Positions 35,367 to 44,849 of a DNA stretch of 46,180 bases are shown here, piece by piece (the first letter of the stretch is position 1; each line of letters begins with the position of its first letter). The DNA lies in the NCBI GenBank assembly GCA_023245235.1, contig JAHFKT010000002.1:16803-62982 (forward strand). The letters are read 5' to 3'. This DNA comes from Candidatus Yanofskybacteria bacterium (GTDB taxonomy: Bacteria; Patescibacteriota; Minisyncoccia; 2-02-FULL-40-12; GWA2-44-9). The notes under the pieces were generated by a model. The model searched no databases. It was given only the letters and a program-made list of their open reading frames with translations, and was not told the DNA's origin. The translations under genes and the position numbers were made by a program.

Positions 35367-36617
35367 TTAGGCTTTACCGCTAATCAAGAACTTAAGTACA
35401 TGGGCTCCCGTACGGATGCCGGAGGCTAATCGTACACCGTAGTATGTCTGGCGATTGCCGGGATCATGCCCGTCAATGGAGAATATTCTCCCGGCATGTT
35501 TATTGCTCATCAGGTTCAGTAATTCCGATGCTCCGGCTAATGCAAGCGAGAGCTTGCCGGGATGGAAGGAATGCAAATTTGTAATACCGTCTTTGGCATG
35601 ATGCCAGAAGACCGGACGGTTACGGTCGATACCGCCGGGAAGCTTGACCCGCCAGCCGACCTTAGCGTGCTCATAACCTGGTATTGTCTTACCGGTGAGT
35701 TCCCGCAATGCATTGCGGAGATACTCAATCTCACGGCGATCGTATCCGCCGATGGGATGGCTTCCAGCCGCAATATTCGTGGGGCCGACCTGAAGGGTTT
35801 GCCCGTGCCTGAGATGGATGACGTATTTCCCGTCGTCGGGAGAGAACGAAATGATATTATTCCTGAACGGCACGCCGGGTACCAACATCTGGGTACCCCG
35901 ATACAGTCTGATGTCCAGATCTATCCCGAACTGCCGGGCAGTTTCTGCCAACCAAGGACCGGTCGCATTCACAATGGAAAGCGGCCGACTCCGGCCCCGG
36001 ATCTTTATCATCGTACCGGTCCGGGATCCGGTCACGTGCAAAGCCTGCACGGTCCGGCCACCGACATGCGCTTCAAATACAGGACCGACCGGCACGATAG
36101 CTGCACCTGCCCCGGAAATGTTCCGACGAAGGACCCCTAGCAGCATTGCCGCATCGACAGCCAGCTCATGTACCACGAATGCACCGGTAAAATAGCCGGG
36201 CCGTAAAGCCGGTTCCAGATCAGACAGATGGGTGCCCGAAATGAACTGATATGGCGGGCGGGCGAGCATCCGGGATGTCAGCATTTCGTAATACGCGATA
36301 AGGCCCTCAATGACCCGCCGCGGGTACGGCATGTTCGGTCCGATCGGTATCACGAATGGGGTCATCCGGATAAGATCCGGGAATAATTTTTGCAATAACA
36401 GGCACGCAGACGCACTTTCCGCGACAAGCGGCAGATCTTCAAGCAGATAGTCGGACCGCGGAGCAATCAGGCCGGTCGCGGATTGGGTCGTGCCCGATAG
36501 ACCCCGATCAAGAACCACTACTGAATAGCCCCGCCGTACGGCATGATATGCCACGGATAATCCGGCAATGCCGGCGCCGATCACCACTATATCAGCTGAC
36601 AGAACTTCTTCTGACAT
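35367..36617 (-). CDS. FAD-dependent oxidoreductase, glycerol-3-phosphate dehydrogenase/DAO-like
   Basis: VIGAGIAG, GTTQSATGLI, EPAL, VNATGPW, GPT, GWR, GKL. Confidence 0.8.
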   Translation of the reverse strand: MSEEVLSADIVVIGAGIAGLSVAYHAVRRGYSVVVLDRGLSGTTQSATGLIAPRSDYLLEDLPLVAESASACLLLQKLFPDLIRMTPFVIPIGPNMPYPRRVIEGLIAYYEMLTSRMLARPPYQFISGTHLSDLEPALRPGYFTGAFVVHELAVDAAMLLGVLRRNISGAGAAIVPVGPVFEAHVGGRTVQALHVTGSRTGTMIKIRGRSRPLSIVNATGPWLAETARQFGIDLDIRLYRGTQMLVPGVPFRNNIISFSPDDGKYVIHLRHGQTLQVGPTNIAAGSHPIGGYDRREIEYLRNALRELTGKTIPGYEHAKVGWRVKLPGGIDRNRPVFWHHAKDGITNLHSFHPGKLSLALAGASELLNLMSNKHAGRIFSIDGHDPGNRQTYYGVRLASGIRTGAHVLKFLISGKA

Positions 36618-36687
36618 TTTTTAGTAAAGAGCGATCGATCTGATTACACCACATTTCCCGGAAACACAAAACCCCTAGACCCCTAAA

Positions 36688-36934
36688 TTAATATAAGCTC
36701 TCGGCGCGTTGTTCGATACCATTGACCGGATCAAGGCGCGATGAGGCAGGTGTACTGGATAGTACTCCGACGAGAAGCAACGAAGATCCGGGCAATGGTA
36801 GCAACAACCCTCCGGGATGCCGGGTTTTTGTTTTGATGCTTCGGCGTTCAGATTTGGAGTAGAGTCTACACCTCCATCCTCTCGCCTTCGCCTGAAAACA
36901 AAAACTCTGGCATCGCGCCAGAGAATTATATTAA
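36688..36934. repeat. composite palindromic repeat (two hairpin units inside outer arms)
   Basis: TTAATATAA..CTCT.GGCGCG / CGCGCC.AGAG..TTATATTAA arms; unit 1 CAAGGCGCGATGAGG...AGCAACGAAG. Confidence 0.75.
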
Positions 36935-36953
36935 CTTAGGAGTCACTGGGTCA

Positions 36954-38111
36954 TTATTCTGTCTCGATCTCTTTTCTGACCGATTGGAACGCGTCATAGC
37001 CGATATTGATCGAGTCACGCATTGTTGCGCTATTGAAATGCCGGAAATGAAATGCCGGAACTTCCCGCGACTTGACCACGATGAGTCTTGTCTTTTTCTG
37101 CCCTCTGAATGAATAGCTCCGTTCAGCCTCGCTGAGCAGAGCGTGGGCGCTAGCCAGAAGCTCGGCAACTTCCGGACTGACCTTATCCTGGCCGGCCAGA
37201 TGTTCGATAAGTGTCCGGGCGGTCTTTGCCTTTTCAAGCTGCTCCAGATCGTTCTGAATGTTGGTCTTCTTCTCCAGAACCAACTTAGTGTTCTCGTCCA
37301 CTACGATGTCCCACGACCGCTGGAGTGTTTCCAGCCAATGGTTATAGGCCGTGTCAGTGGCGCCAATGCTGGCACACGTGTACTGGACGGCGACGATCGT
37401 ATCGCATCCGGAGCGTTCAGCCAGATCTATCGGCGAGTTGCTTATGACGGCTCCGTCCACGTAGTAGTGTCCGGGAGACGCCCTGCGGGCGCTGAAAAAT
37501 CCGGGAATACGGGTACTGTCTACGACACCGTCGATGAACCGCACCGGATCACGGTCCTCCGGGCGGAAATTGGAGACGATGACCTGACACCGCGTATTCA
37601 TATCCACAGCCACCATCTCAACGGCTACCGGAGAGTTGAACGCCAGATCGAAATCCATCACATTAGCCAGAAGATGCTTGAGCCGTTCATTAGAGAAGAT
37701 CGCATCGGACGCAAGCAGTTCTTTGATATCGATCGCTTCCAGGGCAAGCGTGCCGCCGATAACACCGGCGGTAAGGCCATAGCGCATCCAGCGGTTCTTG
37801 ATCTTATTGATGGGCAGGAGAAGAGAAAATGCCGCAAGCGCGGTCAGGCCTCCGAGGACCTCCAGCCTTGGATTAACGGTGTAAAATTGGCCGGGTCTCA
37901 GATTGATGAGCGTTTCCTCGGTTTTCCGGAATTGAGCTCCGTTCCATTGGGAAAGATTGGCCGCCGCGATAGCGCCGGCCGAAACACCCACACAGTAGCT
38001 CGGTACGGGAAAACCCCGCTGAGATGCCTCGAACCATGCTGACGTGAACCCCGAATGGGGGCCAAGCCGGGCAAAGTGGCCAAGGAACACGATACCGATC
38101 TTCGGTGCCAT
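36954..38111 (-). CDS. patatin-like phospholipase
   Basis: GVSAG (GxSxG), YVDGAV (DGA), SNSPIDLA. Confidence 0.85.
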   Translation of the reverse strand: MAPKIGIVFLGHFARLGPHSGFTSAWFEASQRGFPVPSYCVGVSAGAIAAANLSQWNGAQFRKTEETLINLRPGQFYTVNPRLEVLGGLTALAAFSLLLPINKIKNRWMRYGLTAGVIGGTLALEAIDIKELLASDAIFSNERLKHLLANVMDFDLAFNSPVAVEMVAVDMNTRCQVIVSNFRPEDRDPVRFIDGVVDSTRIPGFFSARRASPGHYYVDGAVISNSPIDLAERSGCDTIVAVQYTCASIGATDTAYNHWLETLQRSWDIVVDENTKLVLEKKTNIQNDLEQLEKAKTARTLIEHLAGQDKVSPEVAELLASAHALLSEAERSYSFRGQKKTRLIVVKSREVPAFHFRHFNSATMRDSINIGYDAFQSVRKEIETE

Positions 38112-38175
38112 GTTTTTAACGAGCCATTCTTACTATAAGCATATGCCCGCCGTTATTTTTGGCAAGTATCGAAAA

Positions 38176-38203
38176 ATCAAAACCCGCAATTGCGGGTTTT
38201 GAT
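38176..38203. terminator. terminator after hup
   Basis: ATCAAAACCCGC-aatt-GCGGGTTTTGAT. Confidence 0.75.
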
Positions 38204-38231
38204 CTGATACATTGGATCCAATATACCAAGA

Positions 38232-38513
38232 CTACATGGCGATGGCTTCTTTCAAAAGTTTACCGGCAGTGAATCGCGGCTTCTTGGAAGCTTTGATGTG
38301 GATCTTCTCTCCGGTGCGCGGATTGATACCTTCTCGGGCCTTGCGGTCGGACACTTTGAAGATACCGAAACCGGTAATATTGACTTTATCACCTTTGCGC
38401 AGAACTTTGGTTATCTCATCGGTAAAGGCGTCGATCCATTCGACTCCCTGCTTCTTTGAAACACCCATGCGTTCGGCTAATATCTGTGCTAATTGGCTTT
38501 TTTTGACTGGCAT
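38232..38513 (-). CDS. hup: DNA-binding protein HU
   Basis: GFGIF, AREGINPRTGEKIHI, PRFTAGKLLKEAI; SD AAGGAGGT. Confidence 0.95.
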   Translation of the reverse strand: MPVKKSQLAQILAERMGVSKKQGVEWIDAFTDEITKVLRKGDKVNITGFGIFKVSDRKAREGINPRTGEKIHIKASKKPRFTAGKLLKEAIAM

Positions 38514-38587
38514 ATGACACCTCCTTTCGAATATACCTCGGTACCGCCTTTGCGATAGCCTCGGCGTTAAATTGTTATCATTCACTG

Positions 38588-40120
38588 TTATCTGGCGTGT
38601 TCGATCGCTCGTGTCTCACGGATCACATTCACCTTGATCTCGCCGGGATATTTCATCTCTTCTTCGATCTTTCTGGCCACATCTTTGGCTAATTTAATGG
38701 CCCCCAGATCATCAACGCGTGTCGGCGTGACGAATATTCTCAGTTCACGGCCGGCCTGAATGGCGTATGTCTTTTCAACACCCTCGAAACTGTTGGCGAT
38801 CCGCTCAAGATCTTCCAGACGTTTCAAATAGATCTCGACACTGTCTTTTCTTGCGCCGGGGCGGGCCCCCGAGATAGCATCCGCGGCCTGTACGATACGG
38901 GCTTCCAGGATCGCATACGGATATTCATCATGATGGGCTTCCATCGCCTGGACGACTTTGGGGTCCATATTGAACTTCTGAAGGATCTTCCGGCCGATCT
39001 CGACATGAGTCCCTTGGACCTCATGGTCGACCGCCTTACCTATATCATGGAATAATGCGCCTTTTTTCGCAAGAGAGACATCCGCACCCAGCTCCGAAGC
39101 CAACATTCCGGCGATATGGGTCATCTCCACGGAATGGAGCAGGACATTCTGGCCAAAACTGGTCCTGAATGCCAAACGGCCCAGTAAATACGTGAGTTTC
39201 GGGTCTACTACCCCTACTCCGGTCTCAAAAAGCGCGGCCTCTCCGGCTTCTCTGATCTTATCGTTGATCTCATTCTTAGCCTTTTCCACCATTTCCTCGA
39301 TCTTAGCCGGATGAATGCGCCCGTCGGCAATAAGCTTATCAATAGCCAACTTGGCGATCTGTCTTCGTACCGGATCAAATCCCGATACGATCAAAGCTTC
39401 GGGAGTGTCGTCGATAATAATATCAACGCCGGTCAGCCGTTCAATAGCCTTGATGTTCCGGCCCTCTTTACCGATGATCTTACCTTTCACTTCATCAGAC
39501 GGCAGATTCACAACAGTCGTCATCGAATCGCCGATATGCGAACCGGCGTAGCGCTGAACGGCCAGGGTAACGATCTCCCGGGCTTTTTTCTCAAATTCAT
39601 CGCGGTTCTCGGTCTCAAGCTTCCGCACTCTTTTGTACAGTTCATCCTTATACTCTTCTTCGAGCTTTGATACCAGTTCGGTCTTGGCGGTCTCGCGGTT
39701 CAGACCGGCAATACGCTCAAGTTCCGTGATCTGGCGACTCCTGGTCTGATCAATGTCGGCCTTGATAGTGCGGATCTCATCAGCCTTGGAGCGTAAGACG
39801 TCTTTCTCCTGACCAAGTTCCTTGCTGCGCTGCTCAAGCTCACTTTCCTTGCGGGTCAAGAGATTTTCGATACGAGAAAGCTGGGCCAGCCGGTCCTTTT
39901 CTTCTTTTTTCGATTCTTCGAGAGCTTTGAGGGCGCTATTCTTGGCCTCAAGGAGTACGTCCTGGGCTTTCGATCTAGCATCCGAAATAATAGACTGAGC
40001 CTTTGATTCAGCGTGTGTTGCCCGTAATGCGGCCAGAACCTGACGAATGATATACCCGCCCGCCAAGCCAAAGATCAACGCCAAAAGAACCGCGATTTGC
40101 GATGGGATTCCTAATATCAT
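38588..40120 (-). CDS. rny: ribonuclease Y
   Basis: TM + coiled coil, KGKIIGKEGRNI (KH), RTSFGQNVL, HDIGK (HD), AIQAGRELR. Confidence 0.97.
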   Translation of the reverse strand: MILGIPSQIAVLLALIFGLAGGYIIRQVLAALRATHAESKAQSIISDARSKAQDVLLEAKNSALKALEESKKEEKDRLAQLSRIENLLTRKESELEQRSKELGQEKDVLRSKADEIRTIKADIDQTRSRQITELERIAGLNRETAKTELVSKLEEEYKDELYKRVRKLETENRDEFEKKAREIVTLAVQRYAGSHIGDSMTTVVNLPSDEVKGKIIGKEGRNIKAIERLTGVDIIIDDTPEALIVSGFDPVRRQIAKLAIDKLIADGRIHPAKIEEMVEKAKNEINDKIREAGEAALFETGVGVVDPKLTYLLGRLAFRTSFGQNVLLHSVEMTHIAGMLASELGADVSLAKKGALFHDIGKAVDHEVQGTHVEIGRKILQKFNMDPKVVQAMEAHHDEYPYAILEARIVQAADAISGARPGARKDSVEIYLKRLEDLERIANSFEGVEKTYAIQAGRELRIFVTPTRVDDLGAIKLAKDVARKIEEEMKYPGEIKVNVIRETRAIEHAR

Positions 40121-40310
40121 GATTGTATGAAGTTAAAAACGGCATAGAAGGCGCCAATCCCGATGATGAGACCGGCGGTCGTTATTAAACAAAGTTAAAA
40201 ACCAATGAACATAGTATACGAAAATTCCGTGGTTTATGCAAATTATCATATCAACACGATTTCTTCGGGACAGTAAACTCATTCGGCCGCAAAAGTGTTA
40301 TACTGGCAAT

Positions 40311-41852
40311 ATGCGACCGGTTGTACTCACAATTTTAGACGGCTGGGGATTCTCTAAGCAGCGCCTGGGCAATGCTATCTTAACCGCTCAGACACCCACG
40401 ATCAATGAGATCGCGGCCAATTACCCTTCGATGCTGCTGCAGGCTTCAGGCATGGGTATCGGTATGACCTTTGGTGAATCGGGCAATAGCGAAGTTGGCC
40501 ATCTTACCCTCGGGGCCGGCCGGATAATTTTCCAGTATCTGACCCGGATCAATAAAGCCATTGAGACCGATGACTTTTTCACAAATTCCGTGCTTGTTGA
40601 CGCCGCCAAGCATGTGAAGGAGAACGGCTCCATCCTCCATATAGTCGGCCTTTTGACCTCGGGCGCTGTCCATGCCCACTTTATACACTTGAAAGCGCTC
40701 ATTGAATTTGCGCAGAAGAATGAGCTCCCGTTCCGGCTTCATTTATTCATGGACGGGCGCGATTCGGGCCTCAAAGAAGGCGCGGCAACCTTACGGCGCC
40801 TTTCCGATGAAGTTGACGGGTTATCCAACCTGGGAAGTATCGTCGGCAGGGATTTCGCCATGGACCGCAATCATAACTGGGACCGCACCGAGATTGCTTA
40901 TAAATTGCTCGTGAATGCCGTCGGCAACGCATCAGACGATGTCTTTAAGGCTCTCGAAGGATATTACAACCAGGGTATGACCGATGCTAATATTCCGCCG
41001 ACCGTAGTTAATCCCAGCCCGGTCAATAACGGAGACGCCCTTGTATTTTTCAACTTCCGGGAAGATTCGATGCGCCAGCTGCTTCGGGTGTTCGTGGAGA
41101 ATGGTTTCGATCTGTTCCTTAAAAAAGTCCCCGAGAATCTTTACATCGCCACCATGACCGAATATATCGAATCCCCGGCGTTGCATGTCCTATTTCCTCC
41201 GCCGGCCATAAAGAACTGTCTCGCGGAAGTACTGGCGGATAACGGTAAAAAACAGCTCCATATCGCCGAAACGGAAAAGTACGCCCACGTAACACTATTC
41301 TTCAACGGTCTTCACAATAAACCCTTCAGCGGTGAGGTCGACATTTTCATGGAATCACTGGAAAAACCCCTCGAGAATCCTCAGATGCGGGCTTCCGACA
41401 TCGCCCGGAAGGTCGCGGAAGAGATGGACCGCGATCTTTATGACTTCTTTGTGCTTAATCTCGCTAACGGAGACATCCTCGCCCATCTCGGCGTATTGAA
41501 TCCCGCCGTAATTGGAGTGCAGGCGATCGATACGGCGCTTGAGATCCTGAAAGAAAAAATACTTGAAAAAGACGGCATTATGATAATCACCGCGGATCAC
41601 GGGAATGCCGAATCGATGATCTACCGGGGTACCGGTGAGAAAGAGACTAAACATGACGACAATCCGGTCCCGCTATATCTGATCGGACGGGAGTATCAGA
41701 AACCGCGGAGCGAGGAAGAAGTGGACCGCGATATGAAACAGGCTAACGGCCTTCTGGCGGATGTGGCACCGACCGTTCTCGCATTGATGGGAATAGAAAA
41801 GCCGGTCGAGATGACCGGCGAGAGCCTACTTCCCGCTTTGGGACTTCTTTAG
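40311..41852 (+). CDS. gpmI: 2,3-bisphosphoglycerate-independent phosphoglycerate mutase
   Basis: ILDGWG, GNSEVGH, AETEKYAHVTLFFNG, TADHGNAE. Confidence 0.96.
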   Translation: MRPVVLTILDGWGFSKQRLGNAILTAQTPTINEIAANYPSMLLQASGMGIGMTFGESGNSEVGHLTLGAGRIIFQYLTRINKAIETDDFFTNSVLVDAAKHVKENGSILHIVGLLTSGAVHAHFIHLKALIEFAQKNELPFRLHLFMDGRDSGLKEGAATLRRLSDEVDGLSNLGSIVGRDFAMDRNHNWDRTEIAYKLLVNAVGNASDDVFKALEGYYNQGMTDANIPPTVVNPSPVNNGDALVFFNFREDSMRQLLRVFVENGFDLFLKKVPENLYIATMTEYIESPALHVLFPPPAIKNCLAEVLADNGKKQLHIAETEKYAHVTLFFNGLHNKPFSGEVDIFMESLEKPLENPQMRASDIARKVAEEMDRDLYDFFVLNLANGDILAHLGVLNPAVIGVQAIDTALEILKEKILEKDGIMIITADHGNAESMIYRGTGEKETKHDDNPVPLYLIGREYQKPRSEEEVDRDMKQANGLLADVAPTVLALMGIEKPVEMTGESLLPALGLL

Positions 41853-42083
41853 ATTGACGACCTCCGGATGCAGATCTTCGGTATCTTTCCGAAGCTCCAA
41901 GAGTACCTGGAAGAGCGTGGAACTGCCCAGCAACCGCTTGTCCCGGACAAGCCGGGTCAGCTCGCGCCGCATATCCTGCAAGAATTTGATCCGTTGCTGG
42001 CGCTGGTAAATGAGCTGTCTGAACTCAAGGTCGATCGCCTCATCCGCTCGGATCGGCCGAGGAGGATTGAACGGTTTTGCCAT
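41826..42083 (-). CDS. small helical hypothetical protein
   Basis: ORF with TGaTATAAT upstream; overlaps gpmI end. Confidence 0.5.
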   Translation of the reverse strand: MAKPFNPPRPIRADEAIDLEFRQLIYQRQQRIKFLQDMRRELTRLVRDKRLLGSSTLFQVLLELRKDTEDLHPEVVNLKKSQSGK

Positions 42084-42108
42084 CTGTCAGTCCTGTATCG
42101 TGATTATA

Positions 42109-43146
42109 TCACAAAATCACTCCGCCGCCAAGCAGACGCCGGCCGCGGTAGAAAACCGCCGATTGGCCGGCCGTGACCGCCCGTTCAGGCTTTACAAACT
42201 TTAGAACCCCTCTTCCAGTCAGGGTGGCCCTGACCGAAGGCGCACGATACCGGACCTTAACGCCGAATGCCGCCGGCAGCTTGAGGTCTTTCAGCCAGTT
42301 CAGCTTTCCGATCCGTGCTTCTCCGGCAACAGCATCACGGTCATCGCCGACATAAATGATATTGCGCTTGATGTCTTTTCTTATTACGTAGAAAGGCCCG
42401 GCGCCTGAGCCGATGTTCAGGCCGTGCCGCTGGCCAAGCGTATAATAGTAAACACCGTCATGAGTGCCGATGACACGGCCGTCCTTGTGGATGATCTTGC
42501 CCGGCTTCGGTTTGATATATCCGGCAAGGAATTCTTTCATGTCCAACGGACCGATAAAACATACCCCCTGACTGTCCTTCTTGGCGTAATTAGGGAGTTT
42601 GAATTTTTCTGCCATGACCCGTATCTCCGGTTTCGTATAATCGCCGATGGGGAAAAGACAGTATTGCAGCTGCCCCGGCGTCAGAGTCCATAAAAAGTAC
42701 GACTGGTCCTTATTGTTGTCTTTTGCCTGCCACAGTTGAGTCCCCCTTTTACGCACATAATGTCCGGTGGCGATATAATCGGCCCCCTCTTTCAGGGCCC
42801 GCTTTAAAAATAATCCGAATTTGATCTCTTTATTGCACATCACGTCGGGATTTGGCGTCCGGCCGGCCCGATATTCCCGGATCATATAGTCAGTGACCGA
42901 ATGTTTATATTCTTTCGAAAAATCCCAGGTCAAGAGCGGAATACCGATAACAGCGGCCGAGCGGAGAGCGTCCTCGCGGTCCTGCTTCCATAGACAAAAT
43001 TGGTCATCACCGAACGGCTGCCACGGTTTCATAAAAACTCCGACGACATGAAATCCGCGCTTTTTAAGCAATGCGGCCGCAACCGAGCTGTCCACCCCTC
43101 CGGACATCCCGACATATACCTTTTTCTGACTATATTGACGGAGCAT
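42109..43146 (-). CDS. mnmA: tRNA 2-thiouridylase
   Basis: MSGGVDSS, TPNPDVMCNKEIKF, ATGHY, KDQSYFL, DSQGVCF. Confidence 0.97.
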   Translation of the reverse strand: MLRQYSQKKVYVGMSGGVDSSVAAALLKKRGFHVVGVFMKPWQPFGDDQFCLWKQDREDALRSAAVIGIPLLTWDFSKEYKHSVTDYMIREYRAGRTPNPDVMCNKEIKFGLFLKRALKEGADYIATGHYVRKRGTQLWQAKDNNKDQSYFLWTLTPGQLQYCLFPIGDYTKPEIRVMAEKFKLPNYAKKDSQGVCFIGPLDMKEFLAGYIKPKPGKIIHKDGRVIGTHDGVYYYTLGQRHGLNIGSGAGPFYVIRKDIKRNIIYVGDDRDAVAGEARIGKLNWLKDLKLPAAFGVKVRYRAPSVRATLTGRGVLKFVKPERAVTAGQSAVFYRGRRLLGGGVIL

Positions 43147-43184
43147 AATTCGTGTTATTATATGATAAAATTCTCTATTATTCA

Positions 43185-43403
43185 ATGAAAATTTCAGTAC
43201 AGGCAAAACCGGGAGCCCACGAAAATTCGGTCACAAGAGTAGATGCCGGACACTATATCGTTTCGGTTACTGAGCCTCCGGTGGCCGGCCGGGCAAACCG
43301 GGCCATCATCCAGGTACTCGGCGAATATCTTAATATCCATCCGGGCCGCATTATTATCATTGCCGGCCATACAAACCGGTCAAAGATCGTCGAAATCAAA
43401 TAA
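43185..43403 (+). CDS. DUF167 (YggU-like) protein
   Basis: KPGA...PPVAGRAN...IIAGHTNRSK. Confidence 0.88.
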   Translation: MKISVQAKPGAHENSVTRVDAGHYIVSVTEPPVAGRANRAIIQVLGEYLNIHPGRIIIIAGHTNRSKIVEIK

Positions 43404-43428
43404 AAATCCTCCGTTGCCGGAGGAACTC

Positions 43429-44775
43429 TTAGAGTAAATTATTCTGCTGGAGATACCGGAGCTTCATCATATAGCCCTGCGTCTCCGACTTCAGTCCGCC
43501 CTTTGCGGCCGAAAGTCCGTCGATCCAATCGCCGATACCCGCCAGTATAGCGGCATGCAGGGCTTGGTAGGCATGCTGAGGTTTGCCGTTATATGAGGCG
43601 GCCAGGTACTCTTCAAGCTTGGGATCATCAAGCACTCCCGAGCCGTTTGAACTGATGAGTCCCTTGAGGTTCTCATCATAGAGCAGTATCGCGGCTTCCA
43701 TGGAGTTCACATGATCGCGCGCGCCGGCCGTGAAATCTTTGATCAACGCTGCAGCCGGATAGTCACGTACGATCGCCGAATACGTACCGGGGTACTTTTT
43801 GCCGTTCTTCACGGAGGCGTTATCGGTGAACTGCAGCCATCCGCAGGCGCTGGAAGAATTACAGGTATGTTCAAAGGCCCGGTCTTGATTAGCCCCGATG
43901 ATGACCTGAACCCGCTCAACGGTATTTTGAGGGCTGAGAAAGAACTCGGTCTGATCGGTCTGCTCAAGGAGCGGGATCCGTTGAAAGAAGTACGATCGGG
44001 ATGCGAATACATCCGCGATAAGGGTACTACCGACCGCGCGGGACATCACGCCTTTTCTTCTCAGATCGGCGAATGCCTGTGCTACGACACCGGCCGTATA
44101 ATCGCTCCCCGCCCGGACCAGGTCCTGGCTATGAATATCAGGACTGTACGGCGTATAGACATCGTAGTCGATGGTCTGCTTCGTAACGTATACTGTTTTG
44201 CCCTTATTTTTCTGGGCAACAGTAACCTTGTGATCGCTCGGGTAGACGTTGGCGATAACGACGTAATTCTCCGGCCAATCGATCCGGTATGCGGTATTGC
44301 GTCCGTTCCAACGAATGCCGTTGGGCCGGTCCAGAATAGCGATCCCCCACCCTTGCGGTGCGATAAGGTCGGCGCCCTTTTTATCAATCACGACCGATTT
44401 GATCTCTCCGGTTTGAGTATTCAATACCGCCAGTGCGATCTCTTTTTCCGGTTCCTTAAATGATTTACTGCTCATGATAACCCCATTGGATGCACTGACC
44501 GTGATCCGGGTTTCCTTATAAGAGATATCTTTTGTCCCGACCTTGAGCGTGACGCCCTGGAGCAATGCCGTCGCTTCGGCGATCTTATCCTGGATGGTCC
44601 AGGTCGGGGTCGGAGACGGAGATGGAGCCTGGACTGCTGCGATATTGACCTGCCGGCCGGGCAGAATACCGCCCGGAAATGGTATTCCCAGGGCAAATGT
44701 TACGGCGGCCATACTTGAAAGTATGACTACGACGGTAAGAAATATAAAAACCGTCTTTTTAACATTCGGTTTCAT
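43429..44775 (-). CDS. exported protein with C-terminal lytic-transglycosylase-like domain
   Basis: N-terminal TM; LLEQ, ACGWLQFT, AASYNG, ETQGY resemble SLT motifs. Confidence 0.6.
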   Translation of the reverse strand: MKPNVKKTVFIFLTVVVILSSMAAVTFALGIPFPGGILPGRQVNIAAVQAPSPSPTPTWTIQDKIAEATALLQGVTLKVGTKDISYKETRITVSASNGVIMSSKSFKEPEKEIALAVLNTQTGEIKSVVIDKKGADLIAPQGWGIAILDRPNGIRWNGRNTAYRIDWPENYVVIANVYPSDHKVTVAQKNKGKTVYVTKQTIDYDVYTPYSPDIHSQDLVRAGSDYTAGVVAQAFADLRRKGVMSRAVGSTLIADVFASRSYFFQRIPLLEQTDQTEFFLSPQNTVERVQVIIGANQDRAFEHTCNSSSACGWLQFTDNASVKNGKKYPGTYSAIVRDYPAAALIKDFTAGARDHVNSMEAAILLYDENLKGLISSNGSGVLDDPKLEEYLAASYNGKPQHAYQALHAAILAGIGDWIDGLSAAKGGLKSETQGYMMKLRYLQQNNLL

Positions 44776-44849
44776 GATGTCAGTATACCTCAATTTTCAA
44801 ATGACTATAACTGTATTGTAGCGCGTATAAATATTTTCGGAAGAGAGGA

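Noticed and set aside
37143-38042. 299-aa plus-strand ORF
   Set aside because: Antisense shadow of patatin
40125-40200. 6S RNA upstream of rny
   Set aside because: Only a short imperfect hairpin; too small
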